From assembly GCA_030141605.1 (NCBI GenBank), contig JAQGDQ010000294.1:124001-188000 (forward strand): a stretch of 64,000 bases of DNA. The letters are read 5' to 3'. A model generated the notes under the pieces. It worked only from the letters and a program-made list of their open reading frames with translations, did no database searches and was not told the DNA's origin. Each line of letters opens with the position of its first letter. Position 1 is the first letter of the stretch. Position numbers and translations under genes: made by a program. Origin of the DNA: Tubiluchus corallicola. Its lineage: Eukaryota; Animalia; Priapulida. Below are positions 13,566-26,990 of the stretch, in pieces.

Positions 13566-14284
13566 GCCATTTCTAAAGCACAGTAAAAGCTCTGGAAGCA
13601 AGGAATGTTATACCACGAAAAAGCCCCCCCCCCCCCAGGTGACAAGAAAAAAAAGCACCTCGTGGTAACTGGAGCATTGTGAAAACAACATTGCCCACTC
13701 ACCAATAAGCCACAATGTCACAATTACAGTCAAATAAAGTACAGAAATAATGTACTTTCACTCTCATAGAGAAGGGTATTTTCTACAACACAAGACACCC
13801 ATCACTCAAAAGTGTCATAAAGTGCACCGTTTGCCAGGCGATTAATGAGATTATTTGACTTGTTCTGAGAAAACCAGGATACCGTAGCGGCTGACAACAA
13901 TGAACCAATGATTAATGAATAAGTCTGGAGTAAGAGCTTTGCCTAGTGGGAATAATATAATGGACTGTTGGTTTTGACGCACATGTCTGGAATGAAGCCA
14001 AAACCCGCCTGGATTAAACTATGACGCAATAAAAAAAGGCTGATCCGGCGGAGGACTAAAAACGATTGGGAAAGCATGGCGATTTAAGGAAGGTGGGCGT
14101 AGGTCAGGAAGCCACACCAAACTTGTTTTTGAGCAAGATGCATTCACGTCAATATTATGGAGCTGTAAACAAACTCAACGAGTCCTTACTACTATTTCTG
14201 AAAGCCAGAGACTATAATCCATATAAATGCTACACTGGCGTAACCATAACGGCTTCCTGACGACAACCTACTTTCTATTTTTGT

Positions 14285-14638
14285 CGCTCGCGTCATCGGC
14301 ATTCACAGCTTGCGTCATCGGCATTCACAGCTTGCGTCATCGGCATTCACAGCTGGTGTCTTCAGCATTCACAGCTCGCGTCATCAGCACTCACAGCTCG
14401 CGTCATCGGCATTCACAGCTTGCGTCTTCAGCATTCACAGCTGGTGTCTTCAGCATTCACAGCTCGCGTCATCAGCACTCACAGCTCGCGTCATCGGCAT
14501 TCACAGCTGGTGTCTTCAGCATTCACAGCTGGTGCCTTCAGCATTCACAGCTCGCGTCATCAGCACTCACAGCTCGCGTCATCAGCACTCACAGCTGGTG
14601 TCTTCAGCATTCACAGCTGGTGTCTTCAGCATTCACAG
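14285..14638. repeat. 21-bp minisatellite (GCATTCACAGCTCGCGTCATC / GCATTCACAGCTGGTGTCTTC variants)
   Basis: ~17 tandem units. Confidence 0.92.
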
Positions 14639-15605
14639 TTCTCAAAAGAAAAGCCTTCTATGACGTAGTGTCACTGTTTACAAGTTTAGTAGTGTCAAGC
14701 CAGATAAAAACAACTGATTTCGTAGGTCGTTATAAAGAAGATATATAATTGTTTAGATCCCACAGATACTGTCTTCATGTGATATTGCCCCCCCCCACTT
14801 AAACAATTACAATAACGATTTGTTTAATTTTACCATAGTTGCTTATATAATGAAAATCATATAGCCAATTTCTTTGCACAGAATTCTGGATTTCATGCAC
14901 CTTCTACAATGAGTTATAATTTGTTATGTATTTGTAACGAGTACAAAACTTTTTACACAAATGAAAATTTTCTTTCTAAAGTTTTTTCTCGTACATTAGA
15001 TGCAAGAGGTAATGCCAGCAATGAACAAATACGGACTGTAAATTTCATTAAAGAAGTTATATAAACTCTAGAACGTAATTGTTTTGATTTTTTTGAGTTG
15101 TACGCCATACTAACATATCTTACGCTCACTAAATTGTATATATTCACATTGCTTACTAATCTTGTTAATTAATGTTAAGTTGCTTGTTGATCTGTTTGTT
15201 TATTTTATGCAGATCTACTGTCGTGAGATAACTCAGAGACAAAATTTGTTTCATAGGCGTTAGTTGTTACAAGCTGTTCTATGGCAAGCACCCGGGACAA
15301 AATCAGAGCAAATCAGGGGGACAAATAAACCGTCCATATAACGGTGGCGTGGGCGGGGGTGGCAGTAAATTTGCAGCAGCAGCGGTTAAACTGCGTTTTC
15401 GACCGAGTTGTTCCCAAAATGTTTCTTGAAAAAAAGCCTTTGTCAGATGCGACGGGTACCACTTAAACATATTTCCACAAATACCTGTTAATTCTAATCA
15501 AATTGGTAAGCCACTACCTGATTAATGCATATCTTCACAGATACTACACATATAAGAACATTGCACCTTGCATGGCAACACTGGTCAAGTGCCCTGTTGA
15601 TTTAA

Positions 15606-16158
15606 AGAGTCGATGAAAGCCATTAGAAAACCTTTGAATGCAAATGTTTTAAAACAGTTTTGCATAGGAAACAAAGAAAAAAGAATTGTAATGTATATCC
15701 CAAAGAATTTTTCATGTAAAGTTATATTACTTAGCATCACGGTTACCTGTTTCAAACACTTATGTAATTGGAAAAGAAACTCTTAATAGTTTAAAAAATT
15801 CCCGCCACCTGGTAGAACGCACTGCGTCGCCATCCCAGTGTGCACCATTGACTCACCAAAAACATATTGTTGAGCTTACTGACGATATAACGTAATTTCA
15901 ACGTTTGCTTAGTAAGTGAAGTGTGTGCCACGAATGCTCTGATTATCTTTCAAAATTTTACGCAATGTTATCTAAACTTATTTCAAACCACCTAACGTTA
16001 AAACGGCTGCGCCCAACGGTCATCGGGGAGTTTAAGTTTACAAGTTTTATACAGCGTTACTGCCAACACAAGCTCTGCATGCGATAAGACAGCATACGTG
16101 ATACCAAATTTTTAGACGAATTTTTTTATCTTTTTTTACAAAGAGTGTTTCTTGTGTT
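15606..16158 (+). mobile_element. Family A-related MITE (subfamily A2)
   Basis: TTAA|AGAG start; body homologous to family A; ends TTTCTTGTGTT. Confidence 0.65.
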
Positions 16159-16862
16159 TTAGTGTTATTGCAGAATTCATTTATGCTGTAGGCGAATTTT
16201 CTGAGCAATTCCAAGCGCAAGATGAGCATAGCAAATAGCAAACTTCATTTAGTTAGTTACCAAACTATTTAGGGTGAATCAATTACTTCACCCTAAATAG
16301 GAATAAATCATCTGAGCACACCTGTTGCCTTGATCGTGGTTCGTTGGAAGGACATCGGGCCGGTGAGGGCGGGCAAAGTTGAAAAAGGCGAGAAGAAAGT
16401 TTGGTTGTTGTTGTTGTTGTTGTTATTGCGCGACGAGGGTGGTGATGGTGGTGGCAGCAGTGTTGGTGTTGTTATTGCTGTTATTACATGATGGTGCTGA
16501 GGTTGGTGATGATGGTGGTGGCGTTATTGGTGCTGCTGCTGTTGTTTTTGTTGCATGATGGTTGCGGTGGTCGAGTTGGTGGCAGCAGCGGTGGTGGCGT
16601 TAGTGTTCTTCATCTTGTTGTTGCTGTTGTACTTGTTGCATGATGGTGGTGGTGCTGGTTGCAGCGGCAGTGGCAATGGCAGTGCTGGTCTTGTTGCTGC
16701 GTGATGGTGTTGTTTTTGTTCATGCTGCACAATGGTGTTGTTGTTGTCGTTGTTGTTGGTGCTGAATTTTACGGAAGAAACTTACAGGAATAATCAGCTC
16801 TTCCGCAAAAACAATGGGACTAAGGACAACTGTGCCATTTCAAATGCACTTTTACTGCTAAC

Positions 16863-17180
<318 letters not shown>

Positions 17181-17745
17181 GGGAGAATGGAGAGCAGCAA
17201 GAAATAAAATAATTAAAAAACTGGGAAAAATTGCATCGACATGCACTTTTTGGTACTGGAGCTGCTATTTCCATTCCTTTTGTTAAATGTATTGTTAAAA
17301 TCCTCCAGTTCTACATCAATCCCCATCTGACACCATATAAAAACAGTTATAGCATATAATCTTTTACTGGAAGCCGAACAGCAAAGCGAATCATCTATAA
17401 TAAATGAACATGACGAAAATTCAATTTGTACCATCTTTCTGCAACATTAGAAATCAGATCAGACATCCATCAGACGTGATAATGAACTTGTCCCATTTAA
17501 CCATAATGCAGACGAGTTATAATGTACAGGCTGTACTCTGGAGAGATACGACGTACGATGCGTTACATGTTCAGATAATTGTCGGCAGCATTAGATGTCT
17601 TCAAAGCCAAGTATCAAGCATTGCAGATCCTTTGAGCGGGGTTATGAGGGACATCGTAAACGGCAACGTCGTCCCAGTTGCAACTTGCTAATTTAGCCAT
17701 CAGGAAAACCATTTAAGCACCATGATTTCCCAACGCCACTCTATT

Positions 17746-18118
17746 AAATTGCAGCAGTCGGAAATAACAGCCAAAAGGGTTATAGTATTTGAAAAAAAGA
17801 GCTTAAGGTCTGGTGCATGTTGCTTTGAAGCACAATAAAACCATCCATTCATGTAAAGCTTAAAAAATTCGTCTTCAAATATTATACCACTTCATGCGTA
17901 CAGGACTCGCGTCGGCAGTAACGCTGTGTAAAATTGCAGCAGTCGGAAATAACAGCCAAAAGGGTTATAGTTTTTGAGAAAAAGACCTTAAGGTCTGGTG
18001 CATGTTACTTTAAAGCACAAGAAAACCCTCCATTCATGTAAAGCTTAAAAAATTCGTCTTCAAATTTTATACCACTTCATGCGTACAGGACTCGCGTCGG
18101 CAGTAACGCTGTGTAAAA
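17746..18118. repeat. 185-bp tandem duplication spanning a MITE end and its flank
   Basis: AAATTGCAGCAGTCGG at 17746 and 17931. Confidence 0.85.
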
Positions 18119-18683
18119 CATGTAAATTTGTAAACTCCCGCGATGACCATTAGATGCAGTCATTTTGACGATAAATCATTTGAAACAAGTTTAGATAACA
18201 CTGAGTGAAGTCTGAAAAAATAATCACAGCATTCGTAGCGCACATGTCACTAACTAAGTAAAATTTTAAATTACTGTATCTTGTCAATAAGATTAAAAAT
18301 ACGTTTTTGGTTAGTGAGTGGCGCACGCTGGAGGCTGAGTCTGCGACATTTTACCAATTGGTGAAGGCATTTTAAATAATTAATAATTTTCTTTTCTTGT
18401 TACATAAGTCTTTCCAGCAGGTAAGCGAAACGCAAAGTAACATAGATTTGCATGGAAAGTTTTTTGGGACTTAGTTTCTTTTCTTTCTTTTTCTGATTTA
18501 CGTTGTGCGTATATGACGTCATGTAATGGCGCGGTCAGAACAGTATTGCGGGAAATTCAAAATGAAAACAAACAAAAATTCCTTTCAATGTGAGTACAAT
18601 ATACGCATAAAATTGCTATAAAGTAATATAATTTTTAAGACGATTTTTCGGAAACCTACTTCAGGTACCCCTTTTCTTGTCCT
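18014..18683 (-). mobile_element. Kolobok/T2-type MITE, family A
   Basis: Reverse complement of 3347-3998; TTAA|AGCACAAGAAAA...TTTTCTTGTCCT. Confidence 0.8.
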
Positions 18684-19245
18684 TGAACAGAACATAATAC
18701 GCCCACACTCCATAACAAATGAAGTGGTAAAAACGTTCTATATCACCTTGCTTTAGCAAATTTAGCAAAAGTTTGTTTGCCCACCTGGTTTGTGAACCCG
18801 CCTATGCGCATGCGCTCAGCATAACGGATTTAATTGGATATTCTAAAAATGTGCATGTGACTTCCTGACACCAGACAGTGATGTTTCAAGGAAATGCGTT
18901 TAAATTTATACCAAAGTCTTATAAAATGCTTAATGAGACTATTCCTCCCCGAGAAGAGGCTCTTCCTAATCCTCGTCTAAGTGATATAAACTGTGGTTAA
19001 TGACAAGAATAGTGACAATAAACAAAAAAAATCCTACAATTAAAAAACAAGGAAAAAAGAAAGCACACAACGCTTCAAACTACCATTGTAGTTCTACCAC
19101 AGATGAAAAAAAGAGAAAAAAGAGAAAAATATCACAAAGAAATATTAGAACTACTAAACTAACTTTGGGGGGGGGGGAGGTTTTTGTTTATATTACAGCA
19201 CAGAAGCACAGCAGATAAAAACACAAGATAAAAATAAGTCTTTAA

Positions 19246-21010
19246 TCTAAGTCGAAATTTCGAGACAGTAAAACGAAATTTCGAGACACCAAGTCGAAAT
19301 TTTGAGTTACCAAGTCGAAATTTCGAGTTACCAAGTCGAAATTTCGAGATACCAAGTCCAAATTTCTAGTTACTAAGTCGAAATTTCGAGATACCAAGTC
19401 GAAATTTTAAGTTACTAAGTCGAAATTTCGAGATACCAAGTCGAAATTTTGAGATACCAAGTCGAAATTTCGAGATACCAAGTCGAAATTTCGAGTTACT
19501 AAGTCGAAATTTCGAGATACCAAGTCGAAATTTCGAGATACCAAGTCCAAATTTCTAGTTACTAAGTCGAAATTTCGAGATACCAAGTCGAAATTTTAAG
19601 TTACTAAGTCGAAATTTCGAGATACCAAGTCGAAATTTCGAGTTACTATGTCGAAATTTCGAGATACCAAGTCGAAATTTTAAGTTACTAAGTCGAAATT
19701 TCGAGATACCAAGTCGAAATTTCTAGTTACTAAGTCGAAATTTCGAGATACCAAGTCGAAATTTTAAGTTACTAAGTCGAAATTTCGAGATACCAAGTCG
19801 AAATTTCGAGTTACTATGTCGAAATTTCGAGATACCAAGTCGAAATTTTAAGTTACTAAGTCGAAATTTTAAGTTACTAAGTCGAAATTTCGAGATACCA
19901 AGTCGAAATTTCGAGTTACTATGTCGAAATTTCGAGATACCAAGTCGAAATTTTAAGTTACTAAGTCGAAATTTCGAGATACCAAGTCGAAATATCGAGT
20001 TACCAAGTCGAAATTTCGAGATACCAAGTCGAAATTTCGAGATACCAAGTCCAAATTTCTAGTTACTAAGTCGAAATTTCGAGATACCAAGTCGAAATTT
20101 TAAGTTACTAAGTCGAAATTTCGAGATACCAAGTCGAAATTTCGAGTTACTATGTCGAAATTTCGAGATACCAAGTCGAAATTTTGAGTTACCAAGTCGA
20201 AATTTCGAGTTACCAAGTCGAAATTTCGAGTTACCAAGTCGAAATTTCGAGATACCAAGTCCAAATTTCTAGTTACTAAGTCGAAATTTCGAGATACCAA
20301 GTCGAAATTTTAAGTTACTAAGTCGAAATTTCGAGATACCAAGTCGAAATTTTGAGATACCAAGTCGAAATTTCGAGATACCAAGTCGAAATTTCGAGTT
20401 ACTAAGTCGAAATTTCGAGATACCAAGTCGAAATTTCGAGATACTAAGTCCAAATTTCCAGTTACAAAGTCGAAATTTCGAGATACCAAGTCGAAATTTC
20501 GAGATACCAAGTCGAAATTTCGAGTTACTATGTCGAAATTTCGAGATACCAAGTCGAAATTTTAAGTTACTAAGTCGAAATTTCGAGATACCAAGTCGAA
20601 ATATCGAGTTACCAAGTCGAAATTTCGAGATACCAAGTCGAAATTTCAAGTTACTAAGTCGAAATTTCGAGATACCAAGTCGAAATTTCGAGATACCAAG
20701 TCCAAATTTCTAGTTACTAAGTCGAAATTTCGAGATACCAAGTCGAAATTTCGAGATACCAAGTCGAAATTTCGAGTTACTATGTCGAAATTTCGAGATA
20801 CCAAGTCGAAATTTTAAGTTACTAAGTCGAAATTTCGAGATACCAAGTCGAAATATCGAGTTACCAAGTCGAAATTTCGAGATACCAAGTCGAAATTTCA
20901 AGTTACTAAGTCGAAATTTCGAGATACCGAGTCGAAATTTTGAGTTACTAAGTCGAAATTTCGAGATACCAAGTCGAAATTTTGAGTTACTTAAGTCAAA
21001 ATTTCAAGTT
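19246..21010. repeat. 21-bp minisatellite array (~84 units), consensus AAGTCGAAATTTCGAGATACC
   Basis: Directly visible tandem array with variants GATACC/GTTACT; the core TCGAAATTTCGA is a perfect 12-bp palindrome. Confidence 0.97.
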
Positions 21011-22378
21011 AATACCCTTACTTTTATTTTTACTATATCCCTAACAAGCTACCGTATACACGTGATTTTATACTTAAGTATATTTCTCCCTTTTTTCTGC
21101 CGTGCTTCTGTGTTTTTTCTATGTGTGTGTTTGTATCTTTCTAGTGTGACTTCCCTTTATGTTAATAGGCCTAATATGAACAAAAAACTCCCCTCCCAAA
21201 AAAATTATGGTAGTTCTAGTAAATCGTTGTTGTTTGCCCCCTTTTTATCTTTTGTTTGTTATTTTGAAGAACTATAGTGGTAGTTCGAAACACTGTGCTA
21301 TTCCTTTGTTTTTTCCTGTTTTTAATTGCGGGATTATTTAAGATATTTTAAGATATTATCTTGGGTAATCACAATTACAAACGACACAATACACACAGCA
21401 GTTATAACGATACAATTACACACATATACAGTGGCACAAAAAACCTATACCACGTTATCAAGACACAATTACACAAGTCAAACAATTTAAACCAAAGATA
21501 CTGCATCAAACCTTGATGTATAATGTTATTTATTCATTACTACTATTTCTATACACCATACTAATCTACTGTCTGTAGTATCTGGCTAACATAAACCTTC
21601 TTACCAATGACAGGTGCAGTTTCGCATACTGCGTTTTACACTTGACAAAACTAGACCGCAAAGATTTCTGAAATGTGCAACACTAACACATGTGGTCCGT
21701 CAATTTGCGCCGTCAAATCTCAAAAATTTAAAACCTGAACTTTAGAAATCACCTAAAACTTGTAATTAAAACATACACACTGATGCACCCTGGCATAAAC
21801 TTTTGCTTAGTGTGCGCGCAAATAGTACACGAGTCTGCAAAGTGTTAATAAAAGGCTAAAAACACTCACCTGAATAAGCTGCCTAAACGACAAAGTACAA
21901 CAACAGGCTTAAACAATTATTATGATGATATCTGCAACGTTAGACACATGTAACAATTACTGCGAGAAGCATCATCTGTGACTTTATAAACGATATTAGC
22001 TTAAGCCGCCGCATTCACCACGCGTGGGAATATAGCACCTATGTGACCAGTATACGCGCACTAGTGATTACAACTTATGAAGCCAGATCATCGCGTTCGT
22101 TACCATGACAACCACTGGGGATGGGCGCCCGATCTGACGGCAACCAATCAAGAATTAGATTAGCCAACAATTGGGAGTAAGTGGGGATTACGGAATATGC
22201 CTAAATTGGAATGACGTACTCGTTTTTAAATAGAAATTAAGCAACATCCACTCCACCTGCCGCTACAAAATCACCGCAGAAAACTTCACAGTGCGAAGCC
22301 ACGCAAGCGTACACTGATAGTTCACTTTCGTAGAGGCATTCCAGTTTTGTCAATGTTTTCCTAGCTGTATTGAAACAG

Positions 22379-22870
22379 ATACAAAAAAATCCTCTCTTTA
22401 CAAAAAGTAACACAAATACAGTAAATGAAAGGCAAACTTACAATTAGTATTTACAATAAGATAAGAATATTAATTGATAAAAAAAGACAGTCGCAATCGA
22501 ATAAATACAACAATTGAACATGTTGAATTTAGATTTAGTTAAAACGTTTAGTTTCTTTAAGATAGTGCTATCCTAGAGGCAATTAAGTAATCTATTAACA
22601 TCATTATTCAAAGCTTATACAAAAAATCCTCTCTTTACAAAATACAGTACATGAAAGGCAAACTTACAATTAGTATTCACAATTAGATAAGAATGTTAAT
22701 TAATAAAAAAGACAGTCGCAATCTAATCAGTATTAGACAAACGAATGAATAGTAATTTGACATCATCAATTGAACATGTTGAATTTAGATCAAAAAGTTT
22801 AGCTTCTTTAAGATGTTTCTCTCCAAGAGTCAATTAAGTAAAATGTGTATTTTAACATCATTATTCAAAC
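22379..22870. repeat. ~240-bp tandem duplication
   Basis: ATACAAAAAAATCCTCTCTTTACAAAA...CATCATTATTCAAA occurs twice. Confidence 0.8.
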
Positions 22871-23014
22871 CTTTCAAAGTTTTTGTAGTGTGTTATACAA
22901 CTAGATATATCTAGAACGATGATACAAAAACATTTGAAAACTTCTCCACTTTGTCTTTTATCAGGGATATTTTTAAAAGTTTCATTTCTCAGGAAGCGTC
23001 TAGTTTTTGTTTAA

Positions 23015-23626
23015 AGGAAGACAGGATGATTTTTCATATACTACCCCACTTTCAAGTCTGTATGCATTTTAACACAATTAATACTGCAAGAGCTTTTCTG
23101 GTAATTAAATAATAGATTAAAATCTTAATTAACGGCGGGCGAGTCCAACTAGTGATGACATCACAAACTAACATAATTTTCAACATCAAAAATATTCCAC
23201 GAGTGTGTTCCTTGTGTTTGTAAAAGAGAAAATTGAAGTACAGTGCTACTGTAAGATATTCAGTGTGTTGTACTAAAACTAGGCAATTAAACTAAAACTT
23301 CAATTTCAAATTTACCGCTGCGCTCACGCATAAGCTGTCGAACGTGTGCAGTTCGTCACAAGCTAACCCATCTGAACTGAGAGGTATAGCACCAGTTTTT
23401 TGTGCAATGCGTTTCCGAAATGCATGTGCTAGTGCCCGAATAACTAGCGAATGATGAAATGCATGTAACAGCGAAGAACTAGTGGCGCAAACGCGAAATT
23501 GTGTTTGTGTAGTAATAATCTTTTCACGTAAATCATATTTGCAAAAATAGTACTGTATGTTTCCTTTCAATATTTTAAAGAATAGGTTGTTTTGACCTGT
23601 AGTTTAACATTGGGTCCCGTTGTGCT
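23015..23626 (+). mobile_element. Kolobok/T2-type MITE, family B (full length)
   Basis: TTAA|AGGAAGACAGGATGAT...TTGTGCT|TTAA. Confidence 0.8.
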
Positions 23627-23844
23627 TTAAAAACACCAGTTAAAACGTCAGATTTCTCACGAGTTAAAACTTGCAGAAACGGGAAAAAAATCAGAGTGAA
23701 AGATTTCCTATGAGAAAGTCAGATTTGTGCATACTGCACGTGTACATTCACTAAACTGACTAGACATTGCGTATACTGCACGTGTACATTCACTAAACTG
23801 ACTAGACATTCTGACAGTTTTAGACTGTAAAGTTTGTAAACTGC

Positions 23845-24045
23845 CGAGGATTCATTAACATTTTTGTCAGAAGTTTCGTAAGAAACTTCGTAGGAATCTT
23901 ATTTTTTGTTTTCGTAAAGTTATGATCGCATTAATAGCCTTCTTATGTTGCGAAATCTTTGCTAATACCTTCGTAAGCTTAAGAATGTTCTTACGAACGA
24001 TCTTGCGAATAAAACAGTCCGTAAGAAGCTTTATGAATCCGCCCC
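23845..24045. mobile_element. Short Harbinger-like MITE
   Basis: GGATTCATTAA...TTTATGAATCCGCCCC ends; internal CTTCGTAAG repeats. Confidence 0.5.
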
Positions 24046-24633
24046 GTGTAGTACAAAGTTTACATATTCGGTACAGGTTGCGCAGTCTAATTAGATAAGG
24101 TACACAAATAATGTATTCAATGTGACGCTGTTTATTAAACTTTATATTCAGGCTCAGAATTTAAATTATTCTCGCATTGAAACAGTGAAAACAAGAAATT
24201 CTGACCCAGGAATGCCTGGAAAACTTAAATACACAGAAGAAGCCGAAGATATTCTCCTAAATTTCGTTTACCTTCAAATAAAACTGTTTGCAGTGGTTCT
24301 AATAATCATTCTCATGTGGAGATACAGGCAACATTATATCAAATACAAGCGAGATTAAATTGGCAATCATCGAGGAAAAGCATTGCTCAGCCGCAACCAT
24401 AACAGGTATTTAAATTTGTTCGTCGCTCAAGTGGCTAACTTTAAAATAGAACTGCAAAGTGACTAATAATGTAATGTCAAAAAGCTTTCTATTAATGTAA
24501 TGTATGTATTTGTCTAAGCGACGCCTAAAAATTAGGCCGCTGCGAATTGCATTTCGATAATAATCTGTGTAACTCGTCGGAACCCGGAGAAACTTCCGAA
24601 ATAATTCTCCAATACATAATAATAATAAATTAA

Positions 24634-24690
<57 letters not shown>

Positions 24691-24746
24691 CAGCAGCAGC
24701 AACAGCAGCAGTAGTAGTAGTAGCAGTAGTAGTAGTAGTAGTAGTA
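24634..24746. repeat. (TAG)n/(CAG)n microsatellite
   Basis: Directly visible; lies at the 3' side of the SINE. Confidence 0.9.
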
Positions 24747-24789
24747 CGATGAAGAAGAAGAATCTTTAAAGTCAATTATAATAAACTCA

Positions 24790-25010
24790 TAATAATCTAA
24801 AGTGGGCTTTTTGGATGAACAATTAACGTAAGCACCAATCTACAACTACATAACAGAGACCACTATCACCCCATTTTTACCCTGTATATCACATGCCAAG
24901 TAGCGAAACAGCAGGGACCATTTTTAAAGTCTTTGGTATTAGCCAGCCTCTGCACCGAACTCACGACCTCCCAGACGAAAAGCGGACGCGCTACCACTAG
25001 ACTAAACCGT
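24790..25010 (-). mobile_element. tRNA-derived SINE with a Meta/MESC-like central domain
   Basis: On -: A-box-like TAGTCTAGTGG, B-box-like GAGTTCGG, then ATACCAAAGACTTTAAAAATGGTCCCTGCTG...CTTGGCA; triplet-repeat tail near 24634-24790. Confidence 0.65.
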
Positions 25011-26189
25011 CTGATCAAGTAACTTACCGAAATTCACGCAACAGCGTATTGGAATACTTCTATCTAGCTTCGACTTTCAACTAACTGGTCAATGTCAATT
25101 TAAATGCTAGAAAGACAACTGAAACGGAGCTTTAACTTTATATTAACGGCACAACTCACATTCCGTACAGAAGCAGCATCTAAAAGGGCATTAAATCAAA
25201 CCATTTTGATTTGTGACCAAGTTGATGAATTATAAATGCGCTCTTCACGAGCAGAAAGAACAACATGCCAAACATCACAATATGATGTACAAGAGTGCAG
25301 CATTGTAGTTTCGTTATTGGGATTGTAATATCTTTGATCAATAATGAAAGGCTGAATTACGAGGCTGAATTGCAGCGTGCAAGAGAGAGAGAGAGAGCCT
25401 GAGAAGATCTGACACAGCTCAGTGTGAGGAATTAAAGTGTCCCATCATCACCTATTGACAATCCAACATTGACAAAGTCACAGGATCCTCGGGAACAATT
25501 TAACATCCTCGGGGAGGGCGGATCCAGGATTCGGGCCATTGCAACATGGTATTCTAAAAGCAAGTTTTGTCCCTCAAAATACGAAGAGTATATCCAGGAT
25601 TCGAACAATTGTAACTTCAGTGTTATAAAGGCAGGAGCAGTCCCCTTAAAACGCCAAATGTAGATAGGCGATTAGTGACATATATATATATATATTGCCT
25701 AGATGACACACTTTGCCTAGAGAGACTTTTGCATTATATATAATGGCAAAGAAAAGCATAGGTTAGATTACATGTAATTTGGACACTTTAGTTGGTTTAT
25801 TTTGGCACTCTATAAAATGCTTAGACATTCTATAGAATACCCAATTTCACACTTTGCCTGTAACGTATGTATGCATATATATATATATATATATATATAG
25901 CCTCTTCTTCTTCCATGACCACACCAGTCATAGCCACAAACTCTGCACAACATTCAAAATTCAAAAAATACTTGAATTGCTTGCCTAGTTATTACCTAAG
26001 TTGTTTTATGTGTTTCAAAGAAAATGCCTAGATAATGTATAAAATAACCAGGAAGAATTCAATGTTCGTTTTACACATTGCCAAAGTTACTTTGCGCATT
26101 TTATATAAATCCTAGTTATTGTACAAAACGTCTAGGAAAAGTGTGAAAAAGTCGTAGCAAAAAGATTTATTTCACACTTCCTGAAATAG

Positions 26190-26990
26190 TAGTAGCAGTA
26201 TAATCTTTATTTTGCCTTTTTTAAAACATTGGCCATCATAATAAAAAAGACAGACAATCAGTGTTAGTTCATATAAAAACATACACTGTTCTGGGCAAAT
26301 GCGTCTAGTGCAAGCTAAACTATAAGTGCAACTAGAAATTCAAAAATAAAATATAAAACTACAAACACACAATACACTATGATAAAACTACACACGTTGT
26401 TTTTCTCTCTTCTGATGCACACTTTCATGTCCGCATGCACCCATCCACACTCCTACGCACCCACGCATGCACAGACACACACACACATACACACATGCAC
26501 GCACGCACCCTCGTGCGCGTGCACACACACACACACCAACACACACACCAACACACACACTCACATACACACGCATACACGTCATATTATAATCTAGTAA
26601 GGTCTAGACTATAGATTTGAGTGAATATCATCGTGTTCGTGTGTCGGATATTCAAAACGGGTCATTAAATGTTGTTTTAATTTAGACTTGAATATTGATA
26701 AAGAGCTGCTGTGTTTTAGTGATGTCGGTAATGAATTCCAAAGTTGTGTTGCTTGCTTAGTAATGGAATTCTTTCCACATTGATTGTTCGTTCCAATGAC
26801 TTAAATTTAATGTTCTGTTATTCATACTGGGATTTTGAAGAAGTGGGAGCTTATTGTTTTTGAAAGGAGAATTAACATTGGTGATATATTTATAAAGAAA
26901 CAGGAGAGTTTGACAATCTCTTTGGGCTTCTAATATGGGGATTTTCATGAGGTTTCTAAAGAGGTGGCACAGTATTTATTTGTATTGTGA
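26190..26990 (-). mobile_element. CR1/L2-group LINE 3' fragment
   Basis: QATQLWNSLPTSLKHSSSLSIFKSKLKQHL on -. 3' UTR motif cactagacgcatttgcccagaacagtg is shared with the 7100-7710 copy. Confidence 0.65.

Noticed and set aside
14227-14748. 173-aa repetitive ORF and overlapping frames
   Set aside because: Translation of a 21-bp minisatellite that is open in all three frames.
19246-21010. CRISPR-like array or repeat-protein ORFs (LVSRNFD / ISKFRLG)n
   Set aside because: Contiguous 21-bp units with no unique spacers and no cas genes, in eukaryotic context; the ORFs arise because the unit length is a multiple of 3.
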